From an uncultured Candidatus Saccharibacteria bacterium (GTDB taxonomy: Bacteria; Patescibacteriota; Dojkabacteria; SC72): DNA of 64,000 nt. A model generated the notes under the pieces. The model was given only the letters and a program-made list of their open reading frames with translations. It searched no databases and was not told the DNA's origin. Where the stretch lies: NCBI GenBank assembly GCA_964655705.1, contig CAZZPP010000003.1, positions 37,427-101,426 on the forward strand, given 5' to 3'. Shown one piece after another: positions 36,702 to 46,989 of this stretch. How positions within the stretch are numbered: position 1 is the first letter of the stretch; each line of letters starts with the position of its first letter. The translations under genes and the position numbers were made by a program.

Positions 36702-37416
36702 GGTATACTTAATACCGATGGAATCAACAAAGCTAGGTAAATACAAAATACTGTATACCAATAGAAGAGAGTATCATACTTTGAAGAAAGAAATCTGGGG
36801 AGAGAATATCTACTCATTTAAAAGTGAGAAAGACTCTCCCCTTGTTATTGATATTGGTGGACATATTGGGACTTCTGTATTGTATTTTAAATCTCTCTAC
36901 CCTAACTGTAAGATAGTCGTCTTTGAACCTAATCCCCTGTCTTTTGAAGTATTAATTGAGAATATCCAGATTAATGGTTTAAAGGGCGTTAAACCAATTA
37001 ATATGGCAATATCCTCACAAAATGGTATTTCCAATTTCTACATTGAAAAGACCAATCAGGGATGGTACTCTAACTCTAGTTTTCTGGGAAATAGTTGGGA
37101 TGGAAAACAAAGAACAGAATTAATAGAGGTGGAGTGTACTAGATTGGATAACTACATTGATGAATCTGATACGATTGATATGTTAAAGATTGATACAGAG
37201 GGAAGTGAATTCAAAATTTTGAATTCACATATTGATATACTTAAAAAGGTAGAGAATATCTCAGTTGAATATCATCCCATTAAAGGTAGTAAGATAGAGA
37301 AACTCCTCTCAATACTACAACCATATTTCATACTTGAAATATATCATGAAGGGAAATTACTCAAAAAACCTTTAATTGGGAAACTCTTAACGATAAAGGG
37401 AAAGAAAAGAGAATAG
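36691..37416 (+). CDS. FkbM-family methyltransferase
   Basis: IDIGGHIGTSVLYF...VVFEPNP...MLKIDTEGSEFKIL matches the FkbM domain. Confidence 0.65.
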   Translation: MNSKVYLIPMESTKLGKYKILYTNRREYHTLKKEIWGENIYSFKSEKDSPLVIDIGGHIGTSVLYFKSLYPNCKIVVFEPNPLSFEVLIENIQINGLKGVKPINMAISSQNGISNFYIEKTNQGWYSNSSFLGNSWDGKQRTELIEVECTRLDNYIDESDTIDMLKIDTEGSEFKILNSHIDILKKVENISVEYHPIKGSKIEKLLSILQPYFILEIYHEGKLLKKPLIGKLLTIKGKKRE

Positions 37417-38403
37417 CTTCGATCTCCACCCCTTTCTAAAAATCTTGTATAACTCATTGGCTACTTTCTCTGGATCATGTCTAACAAAACTCCTGTCTAG
37501 AGTATCACCTTTAGCTTTTTTAATAAGGGAATTAGCCACTAAATCAGCCTTAATAATCTCTCTTGCTTCCCCCTTTACATCATCCTCAAACAGATGCTCT
37601 CCGTAATCAATATATCTTTGATATGCTTTTTGGGGTATCCTCCCATTATTTACTAAAACATAATCAAATTTCCTACCAATATATCCCTCTACAATTGATA
37701 GCATACTTTCCAATGTAAGGCCTCTTGTCTGACCAATCCTAGACATTAGGTTAGATATGAAAATGAGTTTAGCTTTACTTTTCTGTAAGGCTTGTGGAAT
37801 ACCATCTACAATAATATTGGCTAAGGTAGTAGTATACAAATCACCAGGACCCATAACTATGTAATCTGAAGACAAAATGGCATCAACAGCACCTTGATAT
37901 GCAAGCGCCTTTTTGTCAAAGTAAAATTTCTTAATCTTCCTGTCCTCTTTCGGCTCATCTATTAGGTGTTCCCCTACAATCTTTTTACCATTGGTATACT
38001 CTGCTACTAACCTCACCTTGTCCAAGGTAACAGGTAGGATATTTCCCGATACAGAAAAGAGGTATTTAAATAGCTCAATGGCTTCTACCTCAGAGCCTGC
38101 TATTTCAGTCATTGCAATCATTAGAAGGTTCCCAAGTGTATGTCCCTTAAGTCCATCTCCTTGAGAGAATCTGTATGTAAAAAGGTCTCTTAAAACATTC
38201 TGATCGTTTTCATTAGACAGTGCAATAATTGATTTTCTAAGGTCACTAAGAGGTAATAGTCCAAATTCATCCCTAACAATGGCATTACTTCCTCCATCAT
38301 CCATCATTGCTACAATTACATTTAGATTTAAGTCCCTTTTCTTTTTTAATCCCTCTAGTACAGAACTAGAACCAGTACCTCCTCCAATTACCGTAATTTT
38401 CAT
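37387..38403 (-). CDS. YvcK/CofD-like (UPF0052) gluconeogenesis-factor family protein
   Basis: The N-terminal motif MKITVIGGGTGSSSVLEGLK...VIVAMMDDGGS is typical of this family. Confidence 0.75.
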   Translation of the reverse strand: MKITVIGGGTGSSSVLEGLKKKRDLNLNVIVAMMDDGGSNAIVRDEFGLLPLSDLRKSIIALSNENDQNVLRDLFTYRFSQGDGLKGHTLGNLLMIAMTEIAGSEVEAIELFKYLFSVSGNILPVTLDKVRLVAEYTNGKKIVGEHLIDEPKEDRKIKKFYFDKKALAYQGAVDAILSSDYIVMGPGDLYTTTLANIIVDGIPQALQKSKAKLIFISNLMSRIGQTRGLTLESMLSIVEGYIGRKFDYVLVNNGRIPQKAYQRYIDYGEHLFEDDVKGEAREIIKADLVANSLIKKAKGDTLDRSFVRHDPEKVANELYKIFRKGWRSKLFSFLSLYR

Positions 38404-38465
38404 AATTTCAATTGTATACTAAAAAATGATATAATGAAACGTTTAATTCTCATATACAAACATCT

Positions 38466-39005
38466 ATGAATTTCAAAGTCGGCTCAAAAGTATTCTATCC
38501 ATCTCACGGTGCAGGTTGGATTAAAGATCAGAAAGAAATCGAATTTAATGGTAACAAAAAAATGTACTTTGAATTCCAGTTTGTGAACTCATCAATTACA
38601 ATATCTACTCCTTTAGATAATGTAAATAATTTAAATATTAGGAATGTATTCAGTGCAAAAGAGATTAAGGACAAGATAGCGGTATTAAAAAAGACACCAT
38701 ACAAAGATCCAAAGACTAAAGATTTTAACAGATTAATGGAGATATTCAAGAAACTGGAAAATGAAGCAACTATTGAATCTGCAATAGAAACAATACAACA
38801 CTGTAATCACGTTAAAAGAGAAAGAGAGAAAGATGGGAGATTAATCCCTGTATCAATTGAGAATGAACTAGCTAGAGCAATGGGGGACATTGTAGGTGAA
38901 ATAGCGGTAACTTCTAATACCAAATTAGAAACAGCTGGTAAAACTTTCGAAAAGATTACTGGTTTAGAGGCAAAGATGTTAGAGTCTAAGTATTTTGGTA
39001 ATTAG
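38466..39005 (+). CDS. CarD/CdnL-family RNA polymerase-binding regulator
   Basis: FKVGSKVFYPSHGAGWIKD is the RNAP-interacting Tudor-like N-domain. Confidence 0.7.
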   Translation: MNFKVGSKVFYPSHGAGWIKDQKEIEFNGNKKMYFEFQFVNSSITISTPLDNVNNLNIRNVFSAKEIKDKIAVLKKTPYKDPKTKDFNRLMEIFKKLENEATIESAIETIQHCNHVKREREKDGRLIPVSIENELARAMGDIVGEIAVTSNTKLETAGKTFEKITGLEAKMLESKYFGN

Positions 39006-41876
39006 TACATCATCCTGGACTTTTAAGGATATACCATTCTCAATCTGTTCTACTTTCTTCAAATCTTGAATATATATATTCTTTTTAATAATCTCTTTCC
39101 TTTGCTCAATTAGTCCAGATATCTGCTCACTGCTAGTTGCATACTCCAAAGAGATTGGCTCCCCTACTTCACAGCCACTCTCTTTTCTTGCTACTTGTAA
39201 TCCTCTAAGTATCTCATTTAATATCCCCTCCTCTTTGAGTAAATCAGAAACATTGATATCAATACTTACAAAAATATCTCCTGTAGACAAACTCTTTATG
39301 GTTTCTCCTTCTTTAACCTCCTTACTAAATACTACCTCCTTAACATTCAATTCTCCTTTAATAATTTCTAACATAGACTCATCAGAGATTGGAACATATG
39401 CTCTTAGCAATGGTTGTCTTACCTTCAATCTATACTCATCCCTGATATTTAATCCTAGGGAACATATACTTCTTACTTTCTCCATATCCGTTAGTAGTAC
39501 TTCATCAAGGTACTCAACATCCACCCTTGGGTACTCCTCTAAATGAACTGATTCTTTGCCCTCTGGTTGTAATGTAAGATATGCCGACTCAGATATGAAG
39601 GGAGCAAATGGTGCAAGTAGTTTAGATATCTCTACTAACACAAAGTGTAGAGTAGTAAGAGCTTGGATATCTCCATTTACAAATCTCTCCCTTGATCTAC
39701 GTATATACCACTTAGAGAGCACATCAATTAATTCAAAGATATATTTAACACCATTTTGAAGTTTGTATTCATCAATATTTGTTGTAACATCCCTAGTTGT
39801 TTGATTTAGTTTAGAGAGTATCCACCTGTCCATAATATGCTGTGGACGGTAATCCTTAGAATATTCCCACTTAAATTGCTCTTTGTAATTAAGAAAATAC
39901 TTAATACAGTTGTAGTATGGAAGGAGTACAGTAGAGGTAATCTCTTTAACAAATTTCTCACTGAATATGACCTCCTCACCATGAACAATTGGTGAACTTA
40001 AAAAGTAAAGCCTCAATGCATCAGCACCCATGGAATCAATTACTGTATTTACCTCTGGATAGTTACGCTTACTCTTGGACATCTTACTACCATCCGGAGC
40101 CAATGCCATACCATTTACAATTACACTTCTAAAAGATTTTTGATCAAACAGTGCAACACCAAGTACATGAAGCGTGTAAAACCAACCCCTTGTTTGATCA
40201 ATTCCCTCTGCTATGAATTCTGCAGGGTATGTCTTTTCAAATAGTAGACTGTTTTCAAAAGGGTAATGAAATCTAGCAAAAGGCATAGAACCAGAGTCAT
40301 ACCAAACATCAATAACATCATTTACTCTCTTCATATCCCCACCACATTCGCATTTGTAAACAATTTCATCTACAAAGGGCTTGTGAGGATCTTTTAACTC
40401 GATACCACTCTTTTCTTTTACCTCCTCAAAAGAACCAAGTACATCCTTCTTACCACATTTCTCACAAATCCATACAGGTAAAGGAGTTCCCCAATATCTG
40501 TTTCTACTTAACGCCCAATCCCTAGCATCGCCTAACCAGTTACCAAATCTTCCCTCCTTAACATGTCTAGGTATCCACCTAATCTCATCGTTTTCTTTAA
40601 CTAGTAATTCTTTAATCTTACTTACTCTTACATACCAGCTCTTTATGGGCTTGTATATTAGAGGTGTTGCTGTTCTCCAACACATTGGCATTTGATGTTC
40701 ATAATCGTAATGATTGAAAAGAAGATTTCTCTTTTCCAAATCCTCCATTATGTATCTATTTGCCTTTTTGTAAAACATACCTTTAAACTCCGAAATCTCC
40801 TCTTTGAAATTGCCCGCATCATCTAAATAGTCAAACATCTCAATCCCCAGATCAGTCATCAGGAAAAAATCCTCTTCTCCATATGGTGCCTGATGAACTA
40901 GCCCAGTTCCTTCCTCTAAGGTTACATGATTAGCATGTACTACTCTAAATGCACCTTCTTTTCTTTTTTGAGCATAGTATGGGTACAATGGCTCATACTC
41001 CTTACCAACTAAATCACTTCCCTTAATCTCTTTGACTACCTTAAAATCATCATTGAAAATATTCTCCACTAAATCCCTCCCAACAATATATCTCTCTCCC
41101 TTACTCTCAACTTCTACATAGGTAAAATCTTTTCCTACTGCAACCAACAAATTCCCTGGTAATGTCCAAGGAGTAGTAGTCCAGATTAACAAGGATGTAT
41201 CACTCTCCTTAAGTTTTAATTTAACAACAACAGCAGGATCAATAATGGTTTGGTAACCACCCAATGCCACCTCTGAATTTGAAAGAGTAGTACCTGCTCT
41301 AGTAGAGTAAGGAACTACCTTGTATCCCTCATAGAGTAAATCTTTGTTGTAAAGTTCCTTTAAAGACCACCAGACACTCTCAATATATTTAGGGTCCATA
41401 GTGGCATACTCCTGCTCACTGTTAACCCATCTACCCATTCTCTCAGTTAAATTCTCAATCTCACTCTGATATTTCTTTACTGATTCTCTACACAAGCTAT
41501 TGAACTTCTCTACCCCATATCTCTCGATATCTTCCTTCTGTTGGAAACCTAACTCTTTCTCTACCTCATACTCAACAGGTATGCCCTGACAATCCCATCC
41601 TAAACTCCTCTCTACTCTAAATCCTTTCATTGTTTTGTATCTAGGGATGCTGTCCTTAATAACCATGGTAAGTACATGTCCGTAATGGGGTTTGTTGTTT
41701 GCAGTAATTGGACCATCATAGAAGGTAAATTGGTTTTCCTTAGATCTCTGTTCAATACTCTTTTCCAATATCCCTTTCTCTTTCCAGTATTTTAGTATCT
41801 CTTCTTCAACTTTTGGGAAGTTAGGCATACCCTGATCTTTAGATATTTTCAAATCATACATATATTTAAATTTCAA
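38979..41876 (-). CDS. ileS: Isoleucyl-tRNA synthetase
   Basis: The HIGH motif reads PHYGHVLT. GWDCQGIPVEYEVEK, KMSKSKRN and a CxxC...CxxC zinc knuckle are present. Length is 965 aa. Confidence 0.9.
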   Translation of the reverse strand: MKFKYMYDLKISKDQGMPNFPKVEEEILKYWKEKGILEKSIEQRSKENQFTFYDGPITANNKPHYGHVLTMVIKDSIPRYKTMKGFRVERSLGWDCQGIPVEYEVEKELGFQQKEDIERYGVEKFNSLCRESVKKYQSEIENLTERMGRWVNSEQEYATMDPKYIESVWWSLKELYNKDLLYEGYKVVPYSTRAGTTLSNSEVALGGYQTIIDPAVVVKLKLKESDTSLLIWTTTPWTLPGNLLVAVGKDFTYVEVESKGERYIVGRDLVENIFNDDFKVVKEIKGSDLVGKEYEPLYPYYAQKRKEGAFRVVHANHVTLEEGTGLVHQAPYGEEDFFLMTDLGIEMFDYLDDAGNFKEEISEFKGMFYKKANRYIMEDLEKRNLLFNHYDYEHQMPMCWRTATPLIYKPIKSWYVRVSKIKELLVKENDEIRWIPRHVKEGRFGNWLGDARDWALSRNRYWGTPLPVWICEKCGKKDVLGSFEEVKEKSGIELKDPHKPFVDEIVYKCECGGDMKRVNDVIDVWYDSGSMPFARFHYPFENSLLFEKTYPAEFIAEGIDQTRGWFYTLHVLGVALFDQKSFRSVIVNGMALAPDGSKMSKSKRNYPEVNTVIDSMGADALRLYFLSSPIVHGEEVIFSEKFVKEITSTVLLPYYNCIKYFLNYKEQFKWEYSKDYRPQHIMDRWILSKLNQTTRDVTTNIDEYKLQNGVKYIFELIDVLSKWYIRRSRERFVNGDIQALTTLHFVLVEISKLLAPFAPFISESAYLTLQPEGKESVHLEEYPRVDVEYLDEVLLTDMEKVRSICSLGLNIRDEYRLKVRQPLLRAYVPISDESMLEIIKGELNVKEVVFSKEVKEGETIKSLSTGDIFVSIDINVSDLLKEEGILNEILRGLQVARKESGCEVGEPISLEYATSSEQISGLIEQRKEIIKKNIYIQDLKKVEQIENGISLKVQDDVLITKILRL

Positions 41877-42097
41877 ATATTAAACAAAAATCCCCTTGTA
41901 AGAACCAATACATTGTACCAGTTCTTACAAAGGGACGTATATACGTGTTACCACCCTTTTTCATAGTTACATTACTGTAACTATCTTGTGAACCACTAAT
42001 ATGGTTCCTACTCTTTTTCGGGAGTAATCCGTTGGATTCTACTAGTCTTTCTGACTTTCTTTCCACCACTTACCAGTGATATCTGGGTCATTGTGTT
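41877..42097 (-). promoter_or_regulatory. T-box riboswitch leader of ileS
   Basis: On the minus strand the leader has an extended -10 TGGTATAAT (plus-strand 42105-42113) and a T-box core AAAAAGGGUGGUAACACGU. GGG / UGGUAAC bulge / ACGU-AUAU-ACGU / CCC is a candidate antiterminator. A mutually exclusive terminator follows: CCCUUUGUAAGAAC...GUUCUUACAAGGGG then AUUUUUGUUU. It lies immediately 5' of the ileS ATG. Confidence 0.55.
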
Positions 42098-42134
42098 AAA
42101 ATTCATTATACCATATATGTAGTATAATGGGAGG

Positions 42135-43904
42135 ATGAAAAAGAACTGGAATTTAAAACTTCTTTACAAAGATATTACAGATTCTCAGATAGATATTGAT
42201 ATTGAAAAAAGTAAAAAAGAAGTTAAAAGCTTTGTTAAGAAATGGGAACAAAACAAACAGTATCTCAAAGATCCAAAAACTCTGTCTATCGCTTTAAAAG
42301 AGTATGAGGATTTAATGGAAGAGTATGGTATATGTACAAAACCCTCATACTACATCTTTCTTTCTAGAGCAATTGATCAAGAGAATCCCCTATTAAAGGC
42401 TAAAGAGAATCTTTTACATACTACTTGTTTAGAATTAGAAAATAGTATCCAATTTTTCTTACTAAATATCTCTAAAATACCTAAAGAGAAACAGAAAATA
42501 TTTTTAGATTCACCATATTTAAAAATATACAGACACTTTCTTCAAAGTAGTTTCAATGAGGCTAAGTATATTCTTACAAACAAAGAAGAAAAGATTTTTA
42601 ATTTAAAATCTAAAACCTCATACGGCAACTGGGTTAATATGCTCTCAGAGCTCCTTCAGAAACAAAGCATAGGAGTAATTGATGAGGATGGGATAAAGAA
42701 AGAAGTACCGTATAGCGAGATTAGTAAATATCTAGACAGTAGCAAGAAGAGTCTAAGAGATTTTGCAGGAGAGAATTTTTACAAAGTAAACAATCAGTAT
42801 CTTGAAATAGCAGAATATGAGATGAACTCGATACTTGAGAATAAAAAAATCTCTGATGATTACAGAAAAATACCTAGAGTTGATCTACCAAGACTTTTCT
42901 CAGATGATATGGATTTGGATACTGTTGATACACTAAGAAATACAGTAACAAACTCCTTTGATATTTCCCAACGATTCTACAAATTAAAAGCAAAACTTTT
43001 ACAACAAGATGCCCTTGCTTACTATGAAAGGAATGTAAAGATTGGAGATATTAAAGAGGAGTACACTTTTGAAAACTCCTTAGACATTGTTAAGAAAGTA
43101 TTTAGAAACTTAGATAAAGAGTTCTTAGATATTTTAGAAATATATGAATCTCAAGGACGATATGATGTATATCCTAAGAAAGGGAAAGAGGGAGGAGCAT
43201 TTTGTGTAGGAGTGGGAAGTAAATATCCAACATACATCCTTTTAAATCACAACAACAGATTACATGATATATTGACCATAGCGCACGAGAGTGGACATGG
43301 TATTCATACAGAGTATTCCAACAAGCAAAATCCTTTAAATCAGGGCTACTCAACTGCATGTGCAGAAGTTGCTTCTACTTTCTTTGAAGAGTTTGTACTT
43401 GAAAATATTTCAAAAGATTTAAATAGTAAGGAGAAAGATATACTACTTTTTAAATCTCTTGAAGAGGATATCTCTACAAAATTTAGACAGATTGCTTGCT
43501 ACAATTTTGAATTAAGATTACATAATGAGTTTAGAGAGAAAGGTTTTCTTCCTAAAGAACATGTATCCCGAATATTTACAGAGGAGATGTCTAAATACTT
43601 AGGAGATAGCGTATTAAAGGATAAGCATATGGAGTTAGGTTGGATATATTGGAGTCATATCCGCTCTTTCTTCTATACATATACATATGCTAGTGGACTA
43701 TTAATCTCTAAATATTTGCAGAATTTAGTGAAAGAAGATAGAAAAAATATTGAATATGTAAAGAACTTCTTCAAAGCTGGTGATAGTAAATCTCCTAAAG
43801 AGATATTTTTAGATATGGGTATAGATATTTCTAAAAAGGAGTTCTGGGAGAAAGGCTTAAAGAGTATAGAAGAGAAACTCTCATATCTAGAAAAAGAACT
43901 CTAG
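42135..43904 (+). CDS. pepF: Oligoendopeptidase F (M3B)
   Basis: The zinc motif HESGHGIH is present. Length and the helical architecture match PepF. Confidence 0.8.
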   Translation: MKKNWNLKLLYKDITDSQIDIDIEKSKKEVKSFVKKWEQNKQYLKDPKTLSIALKEYEDLMEEYGICTKPSYYIFLSRAIDQENPLLKAKENLLHTTCLELENSIQFFLLNISKIPKEKQKIFLDSPYLKIYRHFLQSSFNEAKYILTNKEEKIFNLKSKTSYGNWVNMLSELLQKQSIGVIDEDGIKKEVPYSEISKYLDSSKKSLRDFAGENFYKVNNQYLEIAEYEMNSILENKKISDDYRKIPRVDLPRLFSDDMDLDTVDTLRNTVTNSFDISQRFYKLKAKLLQQDALAYYERNVKIGDIKEEYTFENSLDIVKKVFRNLDKEFLDILEIYESQGRYDVYPKKGKEGGAFCVGVGSKYPTYILLNHNNRLHDILTIAHESGHGIHTEYSNKQNPLNQGYSTACAEVASTFFEEFVLENISKDLNSKEKDILLFKSLEEDISTKFRQIACYNFELRLHNEFREKGFLPKEHVSRIFTEEMSKYLGDSVLKDKHMELGWIYWSHIRSFFYTYTYASGLLISKYLQNLVKEDRKNIEYVKNFFKAGDSKSPKEIFLDMGIDISKKEFWEKGLKSIEEKLSYLEKEL

Positions 43905-43965
43905 GATATACTTAGAAAAGATATTTTGGTATTATTGGATATCTAAATTAATATATTTTCAATAT

Positions 43966-44217
43966 ATGGAAAGCAATGAATTCAAACCAAATGATCCAGA
44001 AAGTACTTCTAAACCTGATTTAAGAACTTCTGCTATTAATGACTTCACAAAAGATGGTGCTGTTGTTACTACAAACCAACAAGGAGAAAAGCAACTCTTT
44101 GAAAGAGATTTTGGAGGGCCAGTAGAAATTGATGACAAAGGAAACAGATATAGGATAGACCCAATAACAGGAGAGAGAATTGGAGTTATTGAATATGGTG
44201 ACCTCAGCCAAGATTAA
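43966..44217 (+). CDS. Small hypothetical protein
   Basis: 83 aa, acidic, no motifs. Confidence 0.3.
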   Translation: MESNEFKPNDPESTSKPDLRTSAINDFTKDGAVVTTNQQGEKQLFERDFGGPVEIDDKGNRYRIDPITGERIGVIEYGDLSQD

Positions 44218-44833
44218 TACTTCTAAGGCTTGGTACAATGAATATATCCCTTCAGGGATTAATTCCTTTGAGAATATCTTTCCTCCTAAGAAAGATATGT
44301 TTAAAGCATTAGAACTAACCCCCTTAGAAAATATTAAGGCTGTAATACTTGGACAAGACCCCTACCATGGAAAAGGGCAAGCAAATGGTCTAGCTTTTTC
44401 TGTAAACCAAGGGATTATAATACCACCATCATTAAGAAATATCTTTAAAGAATTAAATAGTGATATGGGGATAGAAATACCTCCACATGGTGATTTAACA
44501 AATTGGGCAAAACAGGGGGTATTACTCTTAAATAGTGTACTTACAGTAGAGAAAGACAAACCTGCTTCTCACAAAAATATTGGCTGGGAAAAATATACCG
44601 ATGGTTTAATTTCTGAAATATCTAACAAAAAAAATCACGTTGTATTCATACTCTGGGGAAAGTATGCAGAAAGTAAAATTCCACTAATTAATACCGACAA
44701 GCACCTAATCATATCTTCTTCCCACCCATCGCCTTTTTCAGCAAGACATGGGTTTTTTGGAAGTAAACCCTTTAGTAGATGTAATATCTGGTTAAAAAGT
44801 AAAAACTTAAGCCCAATAGATTGGAGTATTTAG
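44180..44833 (+). CDS. ung: Uracil-DNA glycosylase, family 1
   Basis: The water-activating loop AVILGQDPYHGKGQANGLAFSV and the C-terminal HPSP...S motif are present. The true start may be the Met at 44195. Confidence 0.85.
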   Translation: MELLNMVTSAKINTSKAWYNEYIPSGINSFENIFPPKKDMFKALELTPLENIKAVILGQDPYHGKGQANGLAFSVNQGIIIPPSLRNIFKELNSDMGIEIPPHGDLTNWAKQGVLLLNSVLTVEKDKPASHKNIGWEKYTDGLISEISNKKNHVVFILWGKYAESKIPLINTDKHLIISSSHPSPFSARHGFFGSKPFSRCNIWLKSKNLSPIDWSI

Positions 44834-44874
44834 ATTACTAGTATTTCTTCTCTGTTAATGTATAATCACTGGTT

Positions 44875-45246
44875 ATGGAAAAAGAATTAGATTCAATTGT
44901 TACAAATACTCCTTTTTTTACAATGGATTTTAAAAATATTAAATACGAGATATTTACACCACTAAATGGTAAAGGAAATATATATCCCTATGGAGTTGTA
45001 CATGTAACTAACCAAAAGAAAGAAGTCTTAAGAGCAAGGCTAGCTATAGAGGAAGTAGCCATTAATCTAGTTAAGTCATTTGGATATAATGAGGAACTAG
45101 AAAAAAAGGATATTAGCTATATATCAGGAACTCAAATAGTTAATGGTAAAGAAACATTGGTGATGGACTTCTTTGGACCCTTTGGATCACTTAAGATTGA
45201 TGAAATAGGGAATCTGGTGTATGACAAGAATGATCTTAATCCTTAA
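44875..45246 (+). CDS. Hypothetical protein
   Basis: 123 aa ORF. Confidence 0.3.
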   Translation: MEKELDSIVTNTPFFTMDFKNIKYEIFTPLNGKGNIYPYGVVHVTNQKKEVLRARLAIEEVAINLVKSFGYNEELEKKDISYISGTQIVNGKETLVMDFFGPFGSLKIDEIGNLVYDKNDLNP

Positions 45247-45925
45247 TCCCTACTCCACCAAAAAGTACTCCCCCATTTATCTCTAATATCGGTCCTGAGA
45301 TATCTCGATCTCTTAATCTACTCTCCCAATCACCCAGTACAGCGTTTCCATTCGTCTTTACTCTACAATCTTTAGGAACATAGATTTCAACTCCACCAAA
45401 AGCACAGTTAATATGTATAATTGCTCCACTCTTTTGTATTTTTGCTTCTCTTAAATCTAATTCTAAGCCTCCAAAGGCAACATTAATATCTCCACCTTTA
45501 AATTCTTTTGAGGTTATCTTTTTATCTACTCCCCAAAATATTACTGTTTCAGATACCCTATCATTACTTGAGAATTTTTTACTCTTCTCTTCTGTTTTCC
45601 CTTTTCCTTCCTCAAAAAGAATAGATATCCCAATTCCAATTATTATTACTGGCCAGAATACTGCAAAGAAATTCCATTCAAAAAGAGTATTTGAGAGAAA
45701 AGCAACACCTAAAAGAAGGAATATTATCCCAGGTATATTATTCTTACTAAGTAACATCTTAGCCCCTAAGAAGACGAGAATGAGTGGCCATAGTTTTGCA
45801 ATGACCATCCACATATACTTACTAAACATAGGGAGTATACCTGCCTGTTCAAAAAGGAGAATCATTCCGACCATTACAATTAATACTCCAAAAAGGAATT
45901 TTGGCTCTATTTTTATATCTTTCAT
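45236..45925 (-). CDS. Membrane protein with a C-terminal toast-rack (DUF4097/LiaF-like) beta domain
   Basis: Four N-terminal TM helices, then repeated beta strands with G-rich turns (FGGVEIYVPKD...). It is a paralog of the adjacent gene. Confidence 0.5.
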   Translation of the reverse strand: MKDIKIEPKFLFGVLIVMVGMILLFEQAGILPMFSKYMWMVIAKLWPLILVFLGAKMLLSKNNIPGIIFLLLGVAFLSNTLFEWNFFAVFWPVIIIGIGISILFEEGKGKTEEKSKKFSSNDRVSETVIFWGVDKKITSKEFKGGDINVAFGGLELDLREAKIQKSGAIIHINCAFGGVEIYVPKDCRVKTNGNAVLGDWESRLRDRDISGPILEINGGVLFGGVGIKD

Positions 45926-45945
45926 ATATTTTAGGAATTAACAAA

Positions 45946-46959
45946 TTAAAAATCGTCTATATTAAAAGAACCTACTCCAACATTAACATACATATTTAAC
46001 TTTATATCTGTAGAACTATAATTTGGAGAGGTATATTTTCCTCTTCCCGCAGACATCCCTGAAACAGAAGACCCACCTATTGTTATCTCCCCTACTCCTA
46101 AATCATATTCTAGGATATATCCAACTCTGTTGGGGATTTTTAGATTCATTTTTCCTGCTCCAACAACCAAACGGATTTCGCCAGAAGGAATAGAATCTGT
46201 ACCCATCTCAACATCTAATTTACCTGCACCAACTTCAGCCCAGAAATCTTTGACTGGAGTCTCCTCAAGAATGATAACTCCATTTCCTGCTCCAAGCTTT
46301 ATATCAAAACTCGAGGGAATACTTAACTGTCCTAATACAATGTCATACTCAGATTCATCATAGAAAAGAAGGAAGGTATCAGATGATGCTCCATTAAAAT
46401 TAATATTTAAGACACCTGATTCAAGAGAGTCAATTAATTCTGGCTCTTTGTTACTTTTTGGATATTTTGAGTCTATGGTAATATACTCCGTAATACTCTC
46501 TTCCTCAGCTATATTAAACTTACATGCACCTACATCCATTACAATACTTCTCTCTGATACAACGGCATACTCCGTTGGAGATAGAGAAAGAGTACTTTCA
46601 ACAATCTCTTGTCCAAGATTAAACATACCCCCTCCACCCTGTAATACCCAGTTATTTACCTTAGAAGGTAAGAAATTAAAGCTCTTTGATGTAAGTTGCA
46701 TATATGCGATACCAAATGCTGCAGTTGTTAGTAGGATTGTAAGAATAACACCAATAATTCTTGCAAAAACAGAATTACCCAATATTATCCTTATACCTAT
46801 TAAAACTATCAATATTGGCCAGAATCTAACAACATATGTCCATATTGCCCACCCTACAACACCTGTTGTATTCAAAAGAAAAACAATACCTACAATAACT
46901 AGAAAAATAGCCCAAGAATAATTTCTTTTGTTTGAATAATTTATAGAATCTCCCTCCAT
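45946..46959 (-). CDS. Membrane protein with a toast-rack (DUF4097/LiaF-like) domain
   Basis: N-terminal TM helices and a long repetitive beta region (LGAGNGVIILE...VGAGKLDVEM...VVGAGKMNLKI). Confidence 0.5.
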   Translation of the reverse strand: MEGDSINYSNKRNYSWAIFLVIVGIVFLLNTTGVVGWAIWTYVVRFWPILIVLIGIRIILGNSVFARIIGVILTILLTTAAFGIAYMQLTSKSFNFLPSKVNNWVLQGGGGMFNLGQEIVESTLSLSPTEYAVVSERSIVMDVGACKFNIAEEESITEYITIDSKYPKSNKEPELIDSLESGVLNINFNGASSDTFLLFYDESEYDIVLGQLSIPSSFDIKLGAGNGVIILEETPVKDFWAEVGAGKLDVEMGTDSIPSGEIRLVVGAGKMNLKIPNRVGYILEYDLGVGEITIGGSSVSGMSAGRGKYTSPNYSSTDIKLNMYVNVGVGSFNIDDF

Positions 46960-46989
46960 TAGAAAAAGAAGATAAATTTAAATATTTCT

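Noticed and set aside
41866-42069. A 67 aa minus-strand ORF upstream of ileS.
   Set aside because: It lies entirely inside the T-box leader, terminator and antiterminator region. It has no coding features, so I interpret the region as RNA regulatory sequence.
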